NCBI GenBank assembly: GCA_951406725.2
Contig: OX597815.1
Span: 186,000,001-186,064,000, forward strand
Origin: Octopus vulgaris
Lineage: Eukaryota
DNA length: 64,000 bases
Direction: 5' to 3'
Under the pieces are notes generated by a model. That model was not told the origin of the DNA and did no database searches. It was given only the letters and a program-made list of their open reading frames with translations. Made by a program: the position numbers and the translations under genes. Shown piece by piece: positions 55,020-64,000 of the stretch. How positions within the stretch are numbered: position 1 is the stretch's first letter; every line of letters begins with the position of its first letter.

Positions 55020-55403
55020 GTTTCAGTCCCACTGCGTGGCACCTTGGGCAAGTGTCTTCTACTATAGCCTCGGGCCGACCAAAGCCTTGTGAGTGGATTT
55101 GGTAGACGGAAACTGAAAGAAGCCAGTCGTATATATGTATATATATATATATGTGTGTGTGCGTGCATGTTTGTGTGTGCGTGCATGTTTGTGTGTCTGT
55201 GTTTGTCCCCCAAGCATTGCTTGACAACCGATGCTGGTGTGTTTATATCCCCGTCACTTAGTGGTTCGGCAAAAGAAATCGATAGAATAACTACTGGGCT
55301 TACAAAGAATAAGTCTCGGGGTCGAGTTGCTCGACTAAAGGCGGTGCTCCAGCATGGCCGCAGTCAACTGACTGAAACTTGTAAAAGAGTAAAAGAGTAA
55401 AGA

Positions 55404-55404
<1 letters not shown>
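55020..55404 (+). mobile_element. SINE-B, 5'-truncated
   Basis: Match from the B box to the (agtaaaag)n tail. Confidence 0.9.
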
Positions 55405-55474
<70 letters not shown>

Positions 55475-56308
55475 TATATATATATATATACGTATATACG
55501 TATATATATATATATATATATATAAATATGTATGCGTATGTATATATATATATTCACAAACGTTAGTCAGACAAAATATATTCTGTTTCACCTACAGAAT
55601 TCTTCGTGAGTTGCAGGATGAAGGCCAAAGTTTTTCATATAGATAAATGAAATTTGGATGAAGACGAATCTTTGAAGCTGGAGACAACACTTTCTCTAAA
55701 CATTGGCAAAGCTGAATACTGATGCTGTTATCTCACTTTAAAAATCGAAAATGCGAATGTTCCAAGTCGTAGCTAATAATTCTTACTCTTTGTGCTGTAA
55801 TTTGTTTCGGGAAAAATCAAGAAAAAAAAATCCACAGACGACTTGATGCTTTCTGACTTCTTCCAGCTTTTTAGAAAAACTAAGCTTATTGTAATCTCTC
55901 CAAAGAGCTGCTGGAGACATTACAGAAATTTACTGTTTAGAGAACTAATTCATTTTGTATAAGTACATATTTTGAAAGGAGGTATGTTTCGTTTATTCCC
56001 ACTTTCCCCTCTAAAATAGGAATGTAGCTGAATATTTTTATTTGAGCATTACATTTTTTGTACGCGTTACGAAACTCAACTTGAAGAAAACATGTGCAGA
56101 AGTAACAAATCTGAGTGAATCAAAATTCTTTGAGTATCTGAAGCTTATCAGATCATTATTAAAACAATGTATCCATTATGTGGTGACCTTTTGTGGTTGT
56201 AATTACTGTACTCATTTTCATCAGTTCAGGCCTAAAATTCAGAAGAATTTCAGCATTGACCGGCAATGTAACTCCTCCCTGGGCACCAAACGTCATTGAT
56301 GCTCACAA

Positions 56309-56367
<59 letters not shown>

Positions 56368-56500
56368 ATAGAGGGCATTATTACACATAAGATTTTATCC
56401 TTAATTGTCATATATATATATATATATATACGTTGTTTTAGATCTCTTAGTAGCACGACATAGTGTAAATGAAAAGAGGTCAGTAAATGTCCCACTATGG

Positions 56501-56702
56501 CAGTGGTTTTCAACCAGGGTTCCGCCAGTACAGTCCAGGGAGTTCTGCAAGAAGTTACAAAACTGCTAAAATCGGCAGTAATTTTTAATTCTCCTGTGCA
56601 GATATGTGTGCATAAGACTATTAAATGATTGCACAGGGGTCCCTCGAGCCAGTGGAATGTTTCCTTGGAGTTCCGCCCCAGCAAAAACGTTGAAAAGCAC
56701 TG
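56501..56702. mobile_element. hAT (Charlie-like) MITE
   Basis: TIRs cagtggttttcaac / gttgaaaagcactg and a perfect 8-bp TSD cactatgg at 56493-56500 and 56703-56710. Confidence 0.92.
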
Positions 56703-56924
56703 CACTATGGAATGTTCGTAATAGTTGCAATATAAACAAATAGACACCAGGAAGAGGAAGAAGTTAAGTCCGTGCTATTGATAGGATCTAATTTGGAAGG
56801 TAAAAGTTATCACGGATATAAACCTGGTAACTGAAAGAGAAGAAAATATGGGCGATCTAGTTATATTATCTCACGTCATTTGACATCATACAACCCACAA
56901 TATATACATGAATACATACATACA

Positions 56925-57035
56925 AGGCTTTGGTCGGCCCGAGGCTATAGTTGGAGACACTTGCCACGCGGTGGGACTAAACCCAGAACCAGGTGATTGG
57001 GGAGCAAGCTTTTTATAACAAGGCCACTCCTGCGT
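56925..57035 (-). mobile_element. SINE-B head fragment
   Basis: aaggctttggtcggcccgaggctatag..gccactcctgcg match. Confidence 0.8.
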
Positions 57036-57889
57036 ATATTATATATATTATAGACACACACATGTTTATATAATTTCCGATAACAGATGAAGCACTAAAT
57101 TGCTATAGATATAGATATTATTTAGATGCGAATAATCGGCTTCCTTCTCATACCATCAACAATGACTTCTGGACTGCAGGTATTTTAATTAGGAAATGAA
57201 TATTGATTAGAATAAAAATGCGACACGGCATATTAGAAGCACTTTTAAATTAACAGTGTGGCAATACGAAGTCAAGACATCAGAATAAAAAGTGACGCCA
57301 TCTCACACAATCTCATTAATATTCACCAGAATACACGCTAATCTTATAACCTTTGACCTTCTCCATACTTACTCCAACATAACCCAAGTCTTGTTCCATA
57401 CGACAAAATATGTCACTGCGAAGTAGCAATTACATTAATGGAATCAGGCAGCAAGATGAAGTTGGCTGAATTCCACAGAAGATAATTCAATTCGTCTATT
57501 ATTTCCTTTATCGTCGAAAGAATCACACACATATATATATCTGTCATATTGTTAACCATTTGGATTAATAACAGATTGTGTCTCGTCCAACCGCGTCTTA
57601 TATAACACAGTAGCCCGTGGCTTATGTATCAAGTCAGCCCTGTTTATTTTCTTTGGTTAGGGAAGTTGGCTGGTATACTTATGGATTTTTGTTCTTTGAT
57701 TACATTTCGGTCCAATCTTGGTTCTGTTATTTCCATGTAGACGTTTTGAATACATTAAAAAAAAAAAGAGGAAGAAATCACGTTTTTACTTATATCTCCA
57801 TAACTAAGTCATCTCAATTTCTTAATTTTTTATTTTCTTATTCTAAAGTCATCAATTCACTCAATGATTTCTATAATAAATACTGAAGC

Positions 57890-58037
57890 CAAGATAGCGA
57901 GCTGACAGAAACGTTAGCACGCCGGGCGAAATACTTAGCAGTATTTCGTCTGCTGCTACGTTCTGAGTTCAAATTCCGCCAAGGTTTACTTTGCCTTTCA
58001 TCCTTTCGGGGTCGATAAATTAAGTACCAGTTACGCA
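57890..58037 (+). mobile_element. SINE-A, 3'-truncated
   Basis: Head and core match, then an abrupt junction to a LINE-derived 46-mer. Confidence 0.88.
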
Positions 58038-58085
58038 CTAATTCCGAAATTTGTTGTATTCGGAATTCACTTAGATATTCCTTTG

Positions 58086-58154
<69 letters not shown>

Positions 58155-58189
58155 CATCATCATCATCATCATCATTATTATTATTATTA

Positions 58190-58251
<62 letters not shown>

Positions 58252-58255
<4 letters not shown>

Positions 58256-59354
58256 GTTTGACTTTTGCTTTATATTTGTACAAGTTGGCTCCAAGTCTCA
58301 CCGGGAGACCTCAAGAGACAACAGGTTGGAAGTTCACGTTGTTGTTATGCCTAGTGTGCCATATATTTGGTTGTTTTTTGTGTTGTACTGGTGGATGTCT
58401 AAAATAAATAAATAAATAAATAAAATAAAATAAAATGTTTGTTTTAAACCTTGAGATTACATAGAAAGTATTTTGCGTAGGATATGAGCAGTTCCCATGA
58501 GCACTATCTTTTGAATTTCTGCCATTTTGGGGTTCCTGGTATCTGAGTTAGGTAGTTATCAGCCCCTTTTGCTATCATTCCCAGGGCACCTATGACAACA
58601 GGTATTGTTTTAGTCTTCAGGTTCCACATTTTGCTGATTTCTATTTCAGGATCTTAATATTTGCTCAGTTTTTGGTAGGTCTTAACAGATACGTTTATAT
58701 CGATTGGAACAGTCATATCAATGAGGAGGCATGTTCTTTGTTTGAAGTCTTTCAATATGATGTCTGGCCTATTTGCATCTATCTTTCTGTCAGTTTGAAT
58801 GGTGAAGTTCCAGAGGAGTGAGATATGGTCATTTTCAGGCACTGGGGTGGTTTGTGTTCCCACCAGTTTTTTTCATGGGGCAAATCCAGGTTTTTGCAGA
58901 TTACCCAGTGAATATATTGTGCAGCTCTATCGTGCCTGTTGAGATACTCTGTAGGTGCTAGAAGACTGCACTTGGAGACCACATGATCTATGGTTTCATT
59001 TTGTTGTCGGCATACACGACACGTTGGACTGCTGCTGATCTTTAATATGTTGGCCTGGTAGTTTCTTATTGGTAGGCATTGATCTTGAGCTGCTATGATA
59101 AACCCCTCTGTTTCAGATTTTAAGCCAGAGGCCTTTAGCCATTGATGGGTCAGGGCTTTGTCAACATCTGCATTATTCGCTCTCTTTGGGTATTTGCCAT
59201 AGAGAGGTTTTTCTTGCCATTTATCATTCAGAATATCTAAGGCCGCAGATTTAGCACGGGTTTTCATGCGCTTAGCCTTTTCTGTGCCTGTTTCTTGTAT
59301 GTCTATCTCTAATTCCAAAATTTGCTGTATTCGGAATTCACTTAGATATTCCTT
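58252..59354 (-). mobile_element. Second R4/Dong-clade element, 3' fragment (different subfamily), in (TAA)n
   Basis: KWQEKPLYGKY..HQWLKASGLKSETEGFIIAAQDQ..CRVC..ETIDHVVSKC..RHD..RPDIILKD..IQKIVLMGTAHILRKILSM* (stop 58457-58459). One frameshift (~58845) and one stop (58654). Trinucleotide arrays on both sides. Confidence 0.92.
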
Positions 59355-59945
<591 letters not shown>

Positions 59946-60377
59946 GCGCGTCGTGCAAATTGATTAGCGGTGTTTCTTTCTGAGTCCAAGTTCAACTTCT
60001 GTTGACTTACGGGCGTCGATAAAATAAGTATAACAACTATTATTCTTCTCTTTCTCATTCAGCGTTAATAAATATAAGGATTCTTTTTGCTGTAGGCACA
60101 ATGCCAGTCCTTGTTGCTGGTTCTACTCTTACTCACTGCTCTGTCTCACTACCTTCGCAGTTCGCCAGGCCATAAACAGTGCATATGGCTTTGCTACGAG
60201 TGTTCTTATTGTGATTCCTGCTTGAGCCACTAATGACAACGTGCATTATTTTCTAAATTCATTTAACTTCAGTTCCAACCAATTCATTTATTCTAATACG
60301 TATAGCAAACGAGTAACAGCAGTTGTTATGTACATACACACATACGCACACATAGTTGTTTTTTTAAAATAAAGAAT

Positions 60378-60792
60378 AGGTGCAGGAGTGGCTGTGTGGT
60401 AAGTAGCTTGCTAACCAACCACATGGTTCCGGGTTCAGTCCCACTGCGTGGCATCTTGGGCAAGTGTCTTCTGCTATAGCCCCGGGTCGACCAATGCCTT
60501 GTGAGTGGATTTGGTAGACGGAAACTGAAAGAACCCAGTCGTATATATGTATATATATATGTATGTGTGTGTCTATTTGTGTGTCTGTGTTTGTCCCCCT
60601 AGCATTGCTTGACAACCGATGCTGGTGTGTTTACGTCCCCGTCACTTAGCGGTTCGGCAAAAGAGACCGATAGAATAAATACTGGGCTTACAAAGAATAA
60701 GTCCCGGGGTCGATTTGCTCGACTAAAGGCGGTGCTCCAGCATGGCCGCAGTCGAATGACTGAAACAAGTAAAAGAGTAAAAAGAAAAAGAG
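60378..60792 (+). mobile_element. SINE-B, full length
   Basis: Complete head-to-tail match. Confidence 0.9.
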
Positions 60793-60955
60793 AGTAATAA
60801 AGTCATTAACCCTGACTAGTTACAGGGTCATCGAGGTTTGTGGAACATAGGGTGGTAATTATTTTTAACCCATAAATCCGATTCGAATGCTCGCAAAAGC
60901 GCGGACCTCGCTAAAGGTGTTCAAGGTGCCAATCTGAAATGTTAAACCGAGCGGT

Positions 60956-61319
60956 ACTCTTTTACTTGTTTCAGTCATTTGACTGCGGCCATGCTGGAGC
61001 ACCGCCTTTAGTCGAGCAGATCGACCCCAGGACTTATTCTTTTGCCGAACCGCTAACTTACGGGAACGTAAACACACCAGCATCGGTTGTCAAGTGATGC
61101 TGGGGGGACAAACAGACACACAAACATATATACACACACAGATACATACATATATACGACGGGCCTCTTCCAGTTTCCGTCTAGTAAATCTACTCAAAGG
61201 TTTTGGTCGGCCCAGGCTATAGTAGAAGACACTTGCCCAAGTTGCCACGCAGTGGGACTGAACCCGGGACCATGTGGTTGGTAAGCAAGCTATTTACCAC
61301 ACAGCCACTCCTGTGCCTA
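60956..61319 (-). mobile_element. SINE-B with internal deletion
   Basis: Head and tail both present; ~35 bp missing after gacttattct. Confidence 0.9.
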
Positions 61320-61921
61320 TAGGTTAAGATTATGACTGAAGTAAGCCATGGTGGGAGTTGAACTCAGAAAGCAAAATTGGAACAAACACCGCAAGGCATC
61401 CGCTCTTGTATTATTACAGTTTCGCCAATCTACTGTTTTGGGTTGGTACTTTTATGTCAGCTCCGAAATGATAAAAGCCGACATCGCATACTCTACGTAG
61501 AGATACCTGCTGCGAAAGCACCGCTATATCATGGCGACCTTCAATAGCGAACAAAAGAAAATTCTAATTAAAGACCCATTTAAAGAAGAAAGTCTTGAAT
61601 CCATTAAGGCTGCAGGGCATCGCTACTATCCTTTCAATTCGAAGTTCTTACCGATGAATGAAAGGAAATTAAAGATATGGAGAATAATTACCCGGAGGAG
61701 GCGGAAAACAGGCATAAATACAAAATAAAGGCAAATATCTAAATGTCCCTTTCGCTCCTAAAGCTGCGCATTAACTGCCAGGATATTTTGCCAGCAAAGG
61801 ATCTAGTAATGAAGATGTTAATCTTTGAATTCAAGGCACAACCAAAAGAAACTCTTGTAAATTCAGAGCTGATATCTTTATGGTCAGCATCTCTAGAATT
61901 ATCGGATATTGTCAACGATAT

Positions 61922-62145
61922 TTTGGCAGAATCGTTAGCACGCCGGGCGAAATGCGTAACCGTATTTCGTCTGCCGTTACGTTCTGAGTTCAAATTCCGC
62001 CGAGGTTGACTTTGCCTTTCATCCTTTCGGGGTCGATAAATAAAGTACCAGTTATACGCACTGGGGTCGATATAATCGACTTAGTCCCTTTGTCTGTTTT
62101 TGTTTGTCCTCTCTCTGTTTAGCCCCTTGTGGGCAATAAAGAAAA
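61922..62145 (+). mobile_element. SINE-A with probable TSD (atattttggcag)
   Basis: Complete match; the 12-mer is repeated at both ends. Confidence 0.9.
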
Positions 62146-63048
62146 ATATTTTGGCAGTCCTATTATTTTTAAGTCCTTTTAATCGTAGATAACTTTTTGA
62201 TTCTTATACACTTCGCAGTTTAATATTTTTAATTTTTGCTACTTTACAGTACAGCCAGCAATTTAACTTAGATTAGGCATAAAATGCCTGAGCAAAAACA
62301 TGCTGATTAAGAACATAATAATGAATAGGATACATAATTATGAAATATATCGTAAAGTTCAGAAATGTACTACATCTACACTAATCCTCATTAAGATACG
62401 AACATAGTTACATGTAGTAACGCTTTCATATCTTAATTAGAAATATTTCCAACACGACGTACATAATCATTAACATTCATCAATAATTTAAACAAAGAGC
62501 AGATCATATTATTGGCACCATAATATAATATTGTGTCAATATCTCTTAATGTCAATTAAAGCAAACGGACAACGATGCCAGCAATAAACAGCTGCGCTGA
62601 CAAATTTCTCAAACTTGACAGACGCTTTCACACAATTCTAAATAGTAATTTGTATCGACAAACGACCCCAATCAAAGGTCTTTTGCTGTTTAAAGCAAAC
62701 TCTTCGACTTCTTTTCATGGCTTGTATACAGTTTTTAGTCTTTGATACATAATGCAAGATTTACCAACCAATTAGATGTTCCATATCGAAACTGTATACT
62801 TCACGGTAAAGATGCAGCGGAAAGGAACCAGGTTATGCAGTCAGAGTAAGAATGGAATTGAATTCGACAATAACAATGGAATTTGATTCTATAGATATTT
62901 TATAACAGTTTTCTAATCAAAAATCTAGAAGCAAAATTCTAGTTAGAAACACACTGTTTTCGTGTTACGGAAATTTGATTCTACATATAAATGCTATTTC
63001 GAGTTGATGACTGGATATATTTTGTATGATACAAAGTCTTCCTAGCAG

Positions 63049-63267
63049 CATTATTTACATTATTTACATTGAATGGATATGTGTTCTCAGCTTGTTTGTT
63101 GTTACCACAACGTTTCGGCTGATTTACTCTCCAGCCTTCATCAGGCTGGGTTCAAATTTCTACCAGGACACCTGATGAAAGCTGGAGAGCAAATGAGCCG
63201 AAACGTTGTAATAACAACAAACAAGATGAAGATACATATCCGCCCAATGTAAATAATATAAATAATG
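63049..63267. mobile_element. Fold-back element: two ~97-bp inverted arms, each carrying a hammerhead motif
   Basis: 63049-63146 is the diverged reverse complement of 63171-63267. Each arm reads CUGAUGA A (G/A)GCUG..(C/G)AGCC GAAA CG UU in its own sense. Confidence 0.8.
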
Positions 63268-63464
63268 TACAGAATTCTTCGTCTCTAAAATATAGAACAG
63301 TTTTCCTATCGAGTTTTGCTAATTTATTCCGCTTCTTTAGAGTAGTGTTATAACTACAAATTGATGCTGAAGTAGCGAATATTATTATTTTGTAATACTT
63401 TAGTATGTATATATAAATTTAATTCTGCTTTTAGATAACAGTCCAATGCACCTATAATTTACTT

Positions 63465-63663
63465 ACTCTTTTACTTGTTTCAGTCATTTGACTGCGGCCA
63501 TGCTGGAGCACCGCCTTTAGTCGAGCAAATCGACCCCAGGACTTATTCTTTGTAAGCCCAGTACTTATTCTATCGGTCGCATTTGCCGAACCGCTAACTT
63601 ACGGGGACGTAAACACACCAGCATCGGTTGTCAAACAATGCTAGGGGGACAAACACAGACACA

Positions 63664-63670
<7 letters not shown>
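63465..63670 (-). mobile_element. SINE-B 3' half
   Basis: Tail match ending in the (CA)n/(TA)n tract. Confidence 0.88.
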
Positions 63671-63756
<86 letters not shown>

Positions 63757-63758
<2 letters not shown>

Positions 63759-64000
63759 CTTAGAATAACTTAGAAAGGTTTTTGGTCAGTATTGGCCCAG
63801 GCCATGTCTAACTTAATAGCACCACCTGGCGAAGTCTTTCAGTTCAGGATTTGGGCACCAAGGCCCATTCGAGCAGAGAGTTATTGTTTGCGAAGACATA
63901 TCCGGGTGTGGGTGGTTTGTCCGGTACTGTTTGAAGGAATTTGTCCAAAGACTTCTTGAATTTTGTGTGGTCAGTTTCTTTTTTGACGTGTCCTGGTGTA
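63757..64000 (-). mobile_element. CR1-group LINE 3' end (runs off the window)
   Basis: Translates to KFKKSLDKFLQTVPDKPPTPGYVFANNNSLLEW; short tandem tail (ttctaagtta)2. Confidence 0.65.

Noticed and set aside
61531-61920. Short ORFs in unique sequence
   Set aside because: No recognisable homology; the ORFs run into a SINE.

Overview
AT-rich, microsatellite-dense, apparently gene-free (intergenic or intronic) metazoan DNA. The tRNA-derived SINE families suggest an octopus/coleoid genome, but that is inference. No host protein-coding gene is recognisable, and most listed ORFs are microsatellite or SINE artefacts. The only long ORF (7667-9829, minus) belongs to a 5'-truncated, nearly intact R4/Dong-clade non-LTR retrotransposon (RT + CCHC + restriction-like endonuclease) inserted in (TAA)n. 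Three further R4/Dong fragments also sit in (TAA)n. The window also holds >30 SINE copies (3-4 families), CR1- and RTE-like fragments, mariner/Tc1/Tigger relics, a hAT MITE with an 8-bp TSD and a non-autonomous Helitron. The most unusual signal is non-coding: about 12 minimal type I hammerhead-ribozyme motifs in at least five short element families, mostly embedded in (TA)n/(CA)n tracts. Their stem III is palindromic, so they could dimerise. One family has a fixed non-canonical core (CUGUNGA), and one element is a fold-back carrying two inverted hammerheads. These look like Penelope-like pLTR/retrozyme-type non-autonomous elements. All structures were read by eye; activity is untested and many element boundaries are approximate.
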